From: a virus | Lineage: Duplodnaviria > Caudoviricetes | Length of the DNA: 36,671 nt | Virus record (IMG/VR): IMGVR_UViG_3300025018_000309 | Coordinates: 1 to 36,671 of that record | Strand: one strand, 5' to 3' | Shown: in pieces, positions 28,320 to 36,472 of the stretch | Layout: each line of letters starts with the position of its first letter | Numbering within the stretch: the stretch's first letter is position 1 | Notes under the pieces: model-generated | Database searches by the model: none | Seen by the model: the letters and a program-made list of their open reading frames with translations, nothing else | What the model was told of the DNA's origin: nothing | Made by a program: the position numbers and the translations under genes

Positions 28320-28848
28320 GGTGTTCTCTCAGTAGTTGAATCGCATGCTTGGCTTGCGTCTTTGCGTCGTCAAGCGCGTTGTGATAAGTACCTTCTCGCG
28401 TAAGCTTGATAGTCGGGTATAGGTTCTTAAGCGTACGGTAGCAGCGGTTGTTCCACGGGGTCCAAGGAGTGCTCTGATTAGCAGCCTCGTAGCACGACAC
28501 CAAGATGGCGTTATCAAAGTCAGCACCGTTGCCCCAGACTCTAACTTGCTTAAGGCCAGATACTGCAAGAAAGTCTGTCAGCTTCTGCATAGCCTCAGTG
28601 AGCGGGAATCCACCTTCTTCTGCGTGAAGCAGTACTTCCTTAGCCTCAACTGACTGCTTGTTCCACCAGTCTAGTGTGTCCTGAGTAGCGCGCAGTCCAG
28701 CTGCTAGGCATGAACCGGTATTCACTACACAGTAGAACTCGTCCCCTAGATCATCAGAGTCGTGGTCAAACATCACAGCCCCAATAGATAGTATTACGCA
28801 CCCGGCAGAAGTCCCGAGTGTTTCCAAATCAATCATAACGTTTTTCAT
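28258..28848 (-). CDS. DEDDh 3'-5' exonuclease (DUF5051-like)
   Basis: MIDLETLG, WGNGADFD, HNALDDA. Confidence 0.9.
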   Translation of the reverse strand: MKNVMIDLETLGTSAGCVILSIGAVMFDHDSDDLGDEFYCVVNTGSCLAAGLRATQDTLDWWNKQSVEAKEVLLHAEEGGFPLTEAMQKLTDFLAVSGLKQVRVWGNGADFDNAILVSCYEAANQSTPWTPWNNRCYRTLKNLYPTIKLTREGTYHNALDDAKTQAKHAIQLLREHHGRSQKTNEPRRKRGRAGSL

Positions 28849-28955
28849 AGCGGTTCCTCAAAATTAGTATGTTACCCCTCACGCATCCGGTCGAGCTCCG
28901 GGTTGCGCTCTAAGTCAGATCTTAAAATGCCTATTCCAGTTCCGTTTTTGTTCAT

Positions 28956-29320
28956 TCATTGCCTTCTTAATCTGTCTGTGAAGTTTAAGCCGACCGGGAC
29001 GCCGCCATAGCCCTGAACAATTTCAATATCATCGCTTTGACTGTTATCAACGAAAATCCTGTAGCAATCATCGCGGTTAGTTGAAAGATGGCTTACAACT
29101 AAAAATTTACCTTCTACTCTTTCAACAAACTTATACACGTAATGCTTTCTTCTTCTTCTTCTTCTTGCACCAATAAAATGAAACACTTTAAGGTATCGCC
29201 AGGGTAAATTGGAATTCCGTTTTTGTCATAAACAAACATGACAACACGCTCTTGACCGGGCTTGCTTTTATCGTGGCTCGGCTTATTACAGTGCGTGTTG
29301 CTATCTTTTAACCATGTCAT
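28956..29320 (-). pseudogene. Hypothetical phage gene split by a 1-nt frame break near 29188
   Basis: One frame gives YDKNGIPIYPGDTLK and the -1 frame continues VFHFIGARRRRRRKHYVYKFV; SD AAGGAG before ATG 29320. Confidence 0.6.
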
Positions 29321-29450
29321 ACTTATTCTCCTTCGTTCTCGCAAGCCACAAAATGCAGGGTTATGTGTCTAAAGCCGTCCTTTTACGATTAGTCGCAATA
29401 CGATTATCATTAGTAAGCAAGTCAGCATTGCATTAGTATCCATAACCACC

Positions 29451-30191
29451 TCAAAATTTACATTGACCACCGCCATTGACAGCGTTCGCTTTACGAAAGA
29501 AGCACCAGTTGCATAGATTATTAGGTCGTGGCGCAAAGGCCTTATCGTTCAACATAGGCTTCACTCTACCCTCCCAGCGCTCTTGGAGCTTGGGAATATC
29601 TGCTCGCGTGAACGTCAGAAACTCCTCATCTTTACTGTCTTCCTCTGGGTACGTAAAACCTTGGTCTAAGTACTCAAGGCAAGGTCTTACCACCTCAATA
29701 TGCTCGAACAGCAGCAGAGCCGCAAGAGCATAGAGTTCCAACTGTTCGATGTACTCATCGTTCTTCTCGGGGCGAAATTTACCGGTCTTCCAGTCGCGTA
29801 TGATGAGAGTGGTATCACCTTCGTGCTCCGCGCAGTCCAACTTAATGCGTACCCAACAGTTAGCCCAGTCATTCCACGTAGTCTCGTCCCAGTCTTTGGT
29901 GAACGCCCACGTATCTTCTACTACCATCCCGTTGATGGGAGACTGGTACCGCTTCTTAAGGCGTCGGAACAACTTTGAGAACTTCTTAAGCTCTTGGGGC
30001 ATCACTTTAATCTTGCCCTTGATAAAAGCTTCGGCATCATCATGGACCTTAGCGCCGCGCTGCATGGCTTCGTTACCTGGCTCCTTGATCTTATCGATGA
30101 ACTGGAACTTCGCCTTTAGAGGGCATTGTTTGTACGTTGAGTATCGACTAAACGACCACGCGGTAATTTGTTGTATCGGTATCTTGCTCAT
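29451..30191 (-). CDS. PD-(D/E)XK (Cas4/RecB-like) exonuclease
   Basis: WSFSR, CP, RGAKVH, KLD, DWKTGK, QLELYA, CNWC...C. Confidence 0.88.
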   Translation of the reverse strand: MSKIPIQQITAWSFSRYSTYKQCPLKAKFQFIDKIKEPGNEAMQRGAKVHDDAEAFIKGKIKVMPQELKKFSKLFRRLKKRYQSPINGMVVEDTWAFTKDWDETTWNDWANCWVRIKLDCAEHEGDTTLIIRDWKTGKFRPEKNDEYIEQLELYALAALLLFEHIEVVRPCLEYLDQGFTYPEEDSKDEEFLTFTRADIPKLQERWEGRVKPMLNDKAFAPRPNNLCNWCFFRKANAVNGGGQCKF

Positions 30192-30421
30192 TAGGTTTCC
30201 TCCGGGTTATCGAATACGTGCCACGCAGAATCTTTACGAAAGACGCGCGGATAGCATACAGTTATTAAGTTAAGCTTTTCAAGTCTATTGACTATAGCGT
30301 TCTCGGTGCGCCCAAACTCTTCTGCCAACTCCGTAAGATTTCGGCCCGCGTCAAATAGGCATACTAACTTTCTGAGGCCAGAATCAGACCAGGGCTTGTA
30401 AGCATTACGAGGTGCGTTCAC
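30191..30421 (-). CDS. Small HTH-like protein
   Basis: NAYKPWS...ELAEEFGRTENAIVNRLEKL. Confidence 0.65.
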   Translation of the reverse strand: MNAPRNAYKPWSDSGLRKLVCLFDAGRNLTELAEEFGRTENAIVNRLEKLNLITVCYPRVFRKDSAWHVFDNPEET

Positions 30422-32343
30422 ACTAACTCTCCTTTGACATCGTAGGGCTTTAGCTCACCCCAGTTGGTGGATGAAGTATCACCCTCGCTTAAAATTGGCA
30501 CGTCAAACTCAACAGACTCCATAGTCTCCCGCAAAACTTCCATAGCTTCTGCCACATCTTTCTTGGGCACAGATACTGTGATCTGGTCATGCACGTTTAC
30601 TAGTATTTTCCACTGAGGTTTCTTAGCCCCATGGAACCTGATGATGGCTTCCTTAGTGCAGTCCGCAGCAGATCCTTGAATCAGTACGTTCACAAGCTTA
30701 TAATCAAAGCTCCTTAACCTGCCTTGGACTATCTTAGGTTCTTCACAGTAATACTCGCGACCTCCCCATGTACGAATGGGTATCTTAGACGCAGCTCTTA
30801 CCTTCATGTCCTTGTACATCTCTTTAAGCCCTGGGTAGAGCAGTAGAATAGCCTTCTTTAACTCACTAGATTCAGCCACAGACATCTCATTACGCTCTGC
30901 TAACTTACCTACACCCATGCCATAGATCAGGCCTAGATTCGTGTTCTTAACTGGCTTACGGTCATAGAACTTGCCCATTTTCTCAAGCTCTGCTTTGGCG
31001 TAATCGTGGAAATCGATCCACTTGTTTTCTAAGTACTTCTCCATGAGAGAGCCACCATCGAAATGCGCTAAGATCCGAGGTTCTTGCTGACTGTAATCTC
31101 GGTCGATTAAGACTTCATCCTCAAACGGAGTGATATAGCTCCTCACCTTAGGCAGTGGCGGAAGATCTTTAAACGGTGATGGTGGCAAGAGCTTACGCTT
31201 CTTACGATCAGATTCGTCGTGCTTAAATATGGCCTTAAACTTGTTAGGTATATTTTGAAAGTTAGGCGTAGACGACAGTCTCCCAGTACGTGTCCCTGAG
31301 TTGTCTGCTCCTTTAGGGGCTCTGACCTGATTCCAGTTAGTAAAAATTAACCCGCCAGACATCTCAGCCGTTTTCAACCATGGGATCATGAACGTGTTCA
31401 AACAGGTATTAATCTGAGACCTGTACTTCAGGACTGACAGTAGTTGACTATCTGTAACAGCGACGAGCAAAGCTTCTTTACTAGTTTGGTGCTTGCCGGT
31501 AGGTGTCAATGGAGCTTTACTCTCATCAACCAGCCCAGCAGTTAACATAGCCTCAAACAGTTGCTGGCCAGAATTGAAGTTGATATTAGGATCACAACCA
31601 AGTCTAGTAATAAGCCACTCGTCCAGCTTGACTCTCCACCCGTCGTACATCTCAACGTCACTGCGAAGTCTATCTAGGTCAACTGGAAGTCCTTGCCTTT
31701 CCATCTCAAGGAGGATAGGCATCAGCCGTCTCTCACGATCGTAAGGCTCAAGCATGCCCCGCTCTAATGTTCTAGGATAAAGAAGATTGAACATGGCATC
31801 AGTTCTATCCACGTCACCGCAAGCGTACCTTCCTACCAGCTTCCCTGGTGCGTAGCATAGGTACCTACCAAAGTAATGTTCGCTGCTTTTAGACTTACTA
31901 ATCTTAACTTTGGGAATAGGCTGGTTAGTAAGCAAATAGTCGCATACTGCATCTTGCTCTTCTGGAGGCCAGTCTAACAGGCGCTCGGAAGCTTCTTTCA
32001 ATCCTAATTCTCGTTGGTGAGGATCTTCTAGGAACAGAAGAAGCATAGTGTCGTGTATAAGATCCCAAGAAGGAGGTTTAAGGCCAAACCAATGTTCTGC
32101 AACGTCAACGTCGAATTTCCCGTTCTGGAAAAGAACGCCGTCCTTGCACTCGTAAGCTCCTGCCACAGCTTTGACGGCATCGTCCCATGAGCAGTTGTTC
32201 TCTGTAGGATGACCAAACGCGTAGTATTTAGACTTACGCCCCGGCTTCTTGATGGCGACACCAACTGGTATAGGGGGATATTTAGGGCGCCCTTCTATTC
32301 CAAAGGTCTCAAAGTCGATGGTGATAGGCTTCGGGTGCTTCAT
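30418..32343 (-). CDS. polA: Family A DNA polymerase with 3'-5' exonuclease
   Basis: IDFET, NGKFD, YACGD, TRTGRLSSTPNFQN, motif A DYSQQEPR, motif B RKPVKNTNLGLIYG, IQGSAAD, motif C VHDQ. Confidence 0.95.
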   Translation of the reverse strand: MKHPKPITIDFETFGIEGRPKYPPIPVGVAIKKPGRKSKYYAFGHPTENNCSWDDAVKAVAGAYECKDGVLFQNGKFDVDVAEHWFGLKPPSWDLIHDTMLLLFLEDPHQRELGLKEASERLLDWPPEEQDAVCDYLLTNQPIPKVKISKSKSSEHYFGRYLCYAPGKLVGRYACGDVDRTDAMFNLLYPRTLERGMLEPYDRERRLMPILLEMERQGLPVDLDRLRSDVEMYDGWRVKLDEWLITRLGCDPNINFNSGQQLFEAMLTAGLVDESKAPLTPTGKHQTSKEALLVAVTDSQLLSVLKYRSQINTCLNTFMIPWLKTAEMSGGLIFTNWNQVRAPKGADNSGTRTGRLSSTPNFQNIPNKFKAIFKHDESDRKKRKLLPPSPFKDLPPLPKVRSYITPFEDEVLIDRDYSQQEPRILAHFDGGSLMEKYLENKWIDFHDYAKAELEKMGKFYDRKPVKNTNLGLIYGMGVGKLAERNEMSVAESSELKKAILLLYPGLKEMYKDMKVRAASKIPIRTWGGREYYCEEPKIVQGRLRSFDYKLVNVLIQGSAADCTKEAIIRFHGAKKPQWKILVNVHDQITVSVPKKDVAEAMEVLRETMESVEFDVPILSEGDTSSTNWGELKPYDVKGELV

Positions 32344-32546
32344 TACTCTGCTCCCAGTTCTTTGCGCTCGCGATCAGCTCTGACTTTATTCAAGCGGCTA
32401 TGAATGCGCTTTAAGAACTGCCTGCGCCTGCGTCCATCAAGCTCCTCATTTAATAGAGCCTTACAGTCTTTTTCGCAAGCACTTCTCAAAGCCTCGTTAA
32501 GATTTATCCAAGTTTTCAGGGCTGGGTTATCAACTTCTTTTTTCAT
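32343..32546 (-). CDS. Hypothetical basic protein
   Basis: TAATG coupling to the polymerase gene. Confidence 0.65.
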   Translation of the reverse strand: MKKEVDNPALKTWINLNEALRSACEKDCKALLNEELDGRRRRQFLKRIHSRLNKVRADRERKELGAE

Positions 32547-32586
32547 AGACTAACCCGGCAGCTTGCGCCACCAGGCCCTTATAAGA

Positions 32587-33414
32587 TTAGTATTTACGAC
32601 GAGACGCACCATGAGTACTTCGCGCAGTGGCTCTAGTAGACCCACGCACTTTCTTCTGAGCTGGTTCATCGTCGCTGTCTAACTGGTACGGGAAATCGAT
32701 TGTCGCCATAACTTCTTCACGACGCTCCATGATAGCAGACATTAGGTCATCACTGACCTTTTCAATAGGTTCGAATATTACCTTGAACTGAGTCTTAGCA
32801 TCCGGCACTACAGCTACACGCGTGATGATACCAAACGGAGGTCGTTTTAAAGCGCCTGCTACTTGCTTAACGTAGTTAGCATAGCCTTTGACCGACGTGA
32901 CTGGTAGCTTCATGAATCCGACTGTTGTTGAGGCGTAATGGTCCTCATCTTCAAAGACTTCAACCTCACCGGATCGGCTGATTTGACCAGCTGGGATCAT
33001 AGCCACTCGGCGCGTGTTACGACATGCTTTGCCTTTACCAGTATCCGCTGAACCCCACTCGTTATGCTCACAGTTCTTGCAACCGTCTAAAGACTGTGCT
33101 TGTCCCGCGTCCTTCACTATAATATGAGGAGCCAGTTCATCTTCTTCGCGTGCAAATGCAAAGCACGTAGGACCTTGAGGAGTATCAGGATCATACCGCC
33201 CTTCGTAAAAGACGTTCTCAAAGATAGTATCGAGGACGATAACTATCATTTCGTTGTTGGGCAATGGGGAATCCTGCCAAGATAGTTGACCACCACGTGT
33301 TGAGAAGAATTGACCTCCTCCAGTACTAGCTTCTAGTCCTGCTGCAATCTCGGCTTGCTTAGCCAGTTCCGCATCCCATGTTGCCACTTCAGTTGATTTA
33401 TTTCTTCGTGCCAT
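32587..33414 (-). CDS. Replication protein, putative ssDNA-binding
   Basis: YEGRYDPD, PTCFA, CKNC..NEWGS...GKGKAC, LPVTS; upstream of the polymerase; SD GGAG before ATG 33414. Confidence 0.6.
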   Translation of the reverse strand: MARRNKSTEVATWDAELAKQAEIAAGLEASTGGGQFFSTRGGQLSWQDSPLPNNEMIVIVLDTIFENVFYEGRYDPDTPQGPTCFAFAREEDELAPHIIVKDAGQAQSLDGCKNCEHNEWGSADTGKGKACRNTRRVAMIPAGQISRSGEVEVFEDEDHYASTTVGFMKLPVTSVKGYANYVKQVAGALKRPPFGIITRVAVVPDAKTQFKVIFEPIEKVSDDLMSAIMERREEVMATIDFPYQLDSDDEPAQKKVRGSTRATARSTHGASRRKY

Positions 33415-33484
33415 TTTCGTAATCTCCAAACTTAGTTACTAGTTACTTGTTGCTGACCCCAGCTTATCCTTGGTCGTAGTCTTC

Positions 33485-33883
33485 CTAAACCTTATTCATC
33501 GATATTGTTACAACGTTAAACTTCTCTACACCTGGAACATCCTTACCTTCTTCCCACAGCTCTCGGATTGCAGGACCTGATGGGCGAAGCTTGTACGCGA
33601 GGTCAAACCGCTTACTACGATTGAGAAACTTACGGAAAGCTTCCTCGTCCTTAACTTGTGGTTCCTCTCTTGTCACAACAGTCACGCGCGCAGTCTTACC
33701 CTGGACACCAGAGGCATTAGACTTAGGAAGGTTATCGATTATATGAGCCTTAAGAGCTTTCTCCTCTGCCTCAATCTCTGAAGCAACCTTCTGTGCTTCT
33801 AGCCTTTGTTGACGAAGCTCATAGAGCTTGTCGGCACACTTGCCCATAGTACGTGGGAATTTGAATTTCTTTGCAGTAGCCAT
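33485..33883 (-). CDS. Hypothetical coiled-coil protein (Gp157/Gam-like architecture)
   Basis: SD AGGAGG; coiled coil, then EEGKDVPGVE. Confidence 0.6.
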   Translation of the reverse strand: MATAKKFKFPRTMGKCADKLYELRQQRLEAQKVASEIEAEEKALKAHIIDNLPKSNASGVQGKTARVTVVTREEPQVKDEEAFRKFLNRSKRFDLAYKLRPSGPAIRELWEEGKDVPGVEKFNVVTISMNKV

Positions 33884-33913
33884 GAGGCCTCCTATTTGTA
33901 TTTCAGAAGTTAT

Positions 33914-33955
33914 ACTTTAATCTTTTACGCCTAGTTTGTAAACACCTACTTTCAA
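33914..33955 (-). promoter_or_regulatory. Promoter TTTACA-17-TAAAGT with degenerate palindrome TGAAA-N8-TTACA
   Basis: Shares TAGGTGTTTACA with the promoters at 501 and 26571. Confidence 0.65.
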
Positions 33956-34167
33956 TGCTTCGAAGATTCTGACGCTTGGATGAGCATAACAGCGTTGTCA
34001 ATAGCTGATCTAATGTCACGTGACGCAACACCTTGCTCTGCCTCCATACCAGCTTGACACATCCAGAATCTATGCCACTTGCCATCTTCAAAGATGTCAT
34101 GAGCGACTAAGCACAGCCCAAGTTCTCCAATGGCGTCTAATCTTTCTGCATCAGTGAAGTTGCTCAT
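33952..34167 (-). CDS. Hypothetical protein
   Basis: SD AGGAG; TDAERLD...RSAIDNA. Confidence 0.65.
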   Translation of the reverse strand: MSNFTDAERLDAIGELGLCLVAHDIFEDGKWHRFWMCQAGMEAEQGVASRDIRSAIDNAVMLIQASESSKH

Positions 34168-35033
34168 GTATCTCTCCTGTCTCTAAAGCCGAGGAACGAC
34201 GGGAACCTTGGTTTATCTTTCATCCCACTGGCTTGGTACCGATACTTGACTAATTGCCCAGGTAGTGTCTCACGAAGGCTCCATAATTTCTTACGTAGCC
34301 CCTCAGTAAATCCTGTGCCTATGGAGAATTCAACACCTGTTTTAGTATCAAAGACCTTAATTGACCCGAGCATCTCAGCTCCTTTCTTACCAGATCTCTT
34401 AGAGCTTCGTTCTGTATAACCAAGCGCGTTGATCTTAGCTTCGTTGGTGTTCCGCATAAGTTCAACGACTTCTAAGATCTTAGCTTCGCTATCCTCAAAC
34501 CGTTTAAGCTTCAGCAACCAGCCTTGGTTTAAAGTAGACCGCCCGTGCTTGTACATTCCATCTGGATCACGTATCATCAATCCTTCGTACCCATTCTCGA
34601 CAACAGTGTTCTCCATCGCTATAAGCTGATCGTAGTCGCGCACAGTCACATGGGGAACTGCATGCACATGATCAAGGGCCACTGCCCTGTTCTTAGACCT
34701 AGCTAACCGCCTTTTAAACGTAGTATCATGGGTGAAGTCATCGAACACGAAGAACGTGACCTCAGGCTTCCCGTCATGGCTCATAACTCCTGACTGAGAT
34801 ACCTGGAAAACTTTCTTATCGGTGACGTCACCGACAATAAGCTCTCCATCCAACCCGTTAAACTTCGCATGTCCGAACAACTCCTGCACGTGCTTATTGG
34901 GGATAGGTTCAAGCGATCTACTCAGAACGACAGAGTCTACCACCAAAGCTCTAACTCCATCTAGTTTAGGACTGCATAGGCACGGGTATCTAAGATCCTT
35001 ACCGTCAGTCTTCTCTGCTAACATTGGTCTCAT
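34164..35033 (-). CDS. ATP-dependent DNA ligase
   Basis: PMLA, SPKLDGVR, LDGEL, VFD, YEGLMIR, LKLKRF, GTGF, PRFP. Confidence 0.95.
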   Translation of the reverse strand: MRPMLAEKTDGKDLRYPCLCSPKLDGVRALVVDSVVLSRSLEPIPNKHVQELFGHAKFNGLDGELIVGDVTDKKVFQVSQSGVMSHDGKPEVTFFVFDDFTHDTTFKRRLARSKNRAVALDHVHAVPHVTVRDYDQLIAMENTVVENGYEGLMIRDPDGMYKHGRSTLNQGWLLKLKRFEDSEAKILEVVELMRNTNEAKINALGYTERSSKRSGKKGAEMLGSIKVFDTKTGVEFSIGTGFTEGLRKKLWSLRETLPGQLVKYRYQASGMKDKPRFPSFLGFRDRRDT

Positions 35034-35146
35034 TTCTTAACCTCGTCTATAATTCCAACCCAACCGCCATTACTTCGTCGTATTGCGTAGGCCTTAGGGT
35101 ACTTACTTCTGAGCTCTAAGTAGCTTGATGCGTAAACTTCTCTCAC
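35030..35146 (-). CDS. Small hypothetical protein (38 aa)
   Basis: GTGA and ATGA overlaps at both ends; MREVYASSYLELRSKYPKAYAIRRSNGGWVGIIDEVKK. Confidence 0.45.
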   Translation of the reverse strand: MREVYASSYLELRSKYPKAYAIRRSNGGWVGIIDEVKK

Positions 35147-35451
35147 GATGAAGGCCTCGCGTAGATCAAGCCTTTACCATGGCACTTAGTGCATCGAACC
35201 TTAACAGAATAGAAGCTCCAACCTTCTTTAAGATCTTTCTTACCAGACCCATTGCAGTCAAGGCACGGAACCGGGATTTTAGAGATCTCTAAAGCCTCCT
35301 TGTACGCTTTGCGGAACACGTCGAAGGCGATAGGATCTCCGCCCTTATCTGGATGGTGCGTACTAGCAAGCTCTCGCCATCTCGCAATAACTTGGTCAGA
35401 TGTCGACTCAGCAGGAAGGCTCAGGACTGTGAATGGGTTATTTTTCGCCAT
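35143..35451 (-). CDS. Minimal J-domain protein with CxxCxGxG zinc finger
   Basis: NPFTVL, HHPDKGGD, CLDCNGSG, CTKCHGKG. Confidence 0.85.
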   Translation of the reverse strand: MAKNNPFTVLSLPAESTSDQVIARWRELASTHHPDKGGDPIAFDVFRKAYKEALEISKIPVPCLDCNGSGKKDLKEGWSFYSVKVRCTKCHGKGLIYARPSS

Positions 35452-35479
35452 CCCGTAATTCCTTAGTTTTGGTGAGGGG

Positions 35480-35509
35480 AAAAAGAAAGGCCTCTATTAA
35501 GAAGCCTTT
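35480..35509 (-). terminator. Rho-independent terminator
   Basis: AAAGGCTTCT-TAAT-AGAGGCCTTT followed by a C/T tract on the - strand. Confidence 0.75.
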
Positions 35510-35527
35510 ACTTAGGTTGATGTATTC

Positions 35528-35968
35528 TTATTCTTCGTTCGCTTCGTCATCAAGAATAAGGAGTTTGATAATGTCTTCACGCGAGTAGCCTTTGGGGATA
35601 ACAAGCTCACGCTCTTTACATTCTTTCTTCAGATCCGCGACCTTATCATCAGCATATTCAGACGCCGCAACTTCTTCATCGTCAACTTCAGTGATGTCGT
35701 AACCTTCTGCTTCTTCAGACTCTGCAGGCTTTTCAGCTTCCTTCTTAGCTGGAGCTTTTTTCGCAGGTGCTTCCTTCTTAGCTGCCGGTTCTTTCTTAGC
35801 CGGAGCTTTTTTGGCTGGCTCTGCTTCTTCGGCTTCACCTGACTTAATTACTTCAAGCAAATCTTTATGACTTGTTGTAATGGCGGCGATGACACGCTTG
35901 CGCTCAGCAGTGATTGCCTTTTCCACTTCAGCTTCAATGACAGTTTGGATCTTTTCTAAATCTACCAT
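35528..35968 (-). CDS. Histone H1-like PAKK-repeat protein with C-terminal SAP/Rho-N-like motif
   Basis: PAKKAPAKKEPAAKKEAPAKKAPAKK; KVADLKKECKERELVIPKGYSREDIIKLL; own promoter and terminator. Confidence 0.75.
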   Translation of the reverse strand: MVDLEKIQTVIEAEVEKAITAERKRVIAAITTSHKDLLEVIKSGEAEEAEPAKKAPAKKEPAAKKEAPAKKAPAKKEAEKPAESEEAEGYDITEVDDEEVAASEYADDKVADLKKECKERELVIPKGYSREDIIKLLILDDEANEE

Positions 35969-36022
35969 GATTCTTTCCTCGTTAGTTAAGTGATGCCTCA
36001 GGTATTCCCTCAGCTGGTTAGT

Positions 36023-36064
36023 ACTTTAATATAGTTCAATCTACTTGTAAATTTGGTGTTACAA
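36023..36064 (-). promoter_or_regulatory. Promoter TTTACA-17-TAAAGT with TGTAA-N8-TTACA palindrome
   Basis: TTGTAACACCAAATTTACAA on the - strand. Confidence 0.7.
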
Positions 36065-36256
36065 TTACATAGCCTGTTGCTTCATCACCGCTGGAAGATC
36101 TAATTCCAAGACACCTAGAATGTCCACGTACCCAGAAATTAGAGTTAGGTTAAACTTCTCTACAGCCTCAACGACTGAATCCGCCACGATTGTCTCATGG
36201 ACAACTAAGGTGCCATCAATATACGTGATATCGTAAATGAAAGCACCCATGACCAC
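36065..36256 (-). CDS. Hypothetical protein
   Basis: ORF in operon orientation; weak SD. Confidence 0.45.
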   Translation of the reverse strand: MVMGAFIYDITYIDGTLVVHETIVADSVVEAVEKFNLTLISGYVDILGVLELDLPAVMKQQAM

Positions 36257-36472
36257 TACAACTTTAAACTTGGGTTATCAAGGACACCGAGGTTCTCGGC
36301 TTCGCGCATCCTCATATCGGTGTAGTCACTATCACTATCACTACTGAGATCACCTCCTTTAAGCTTAGCTCTCAACGCCTTTGGGTCAATAGCACTTTCG
36401 TCTTCATGGACTTTAGTGATTTTGCCACCGCGGGCTAAGAATTCTTCGACTGATTCTGGCTTAGTTTTTCAT
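36256..36472 (-). pseudogene. EFLARGGKITK-motif small phage protein whose upstream ATG is out of frame
   Basis: 70-codon open frame KTKPESVEEFLARGGKITKVHED...; the SD-preceded ATG at 36472 reads MKN*. Confidence 0.55.

Noticed and set aside
28872-29443. Tiny ORFs MNKNGTGIG... (27 aa) and MDTNAMLTC... (24 aa)
   Set aside because: Too short and without motifs to support from sequence alone
29451-30191. Cas4 as evidence of a CRISPR system
   Set aside because: It is a stand-alone phage PD-(D/E)XK exonuclease; no other cas genes or array are present
3201-35968. Stop-codon reassignment, introns/inteins or a diversity-generating retroelement
   Set aside because: Core genes are intact and of normal length in the standard code; no reverse transcriptase or TR/VR pair was seen
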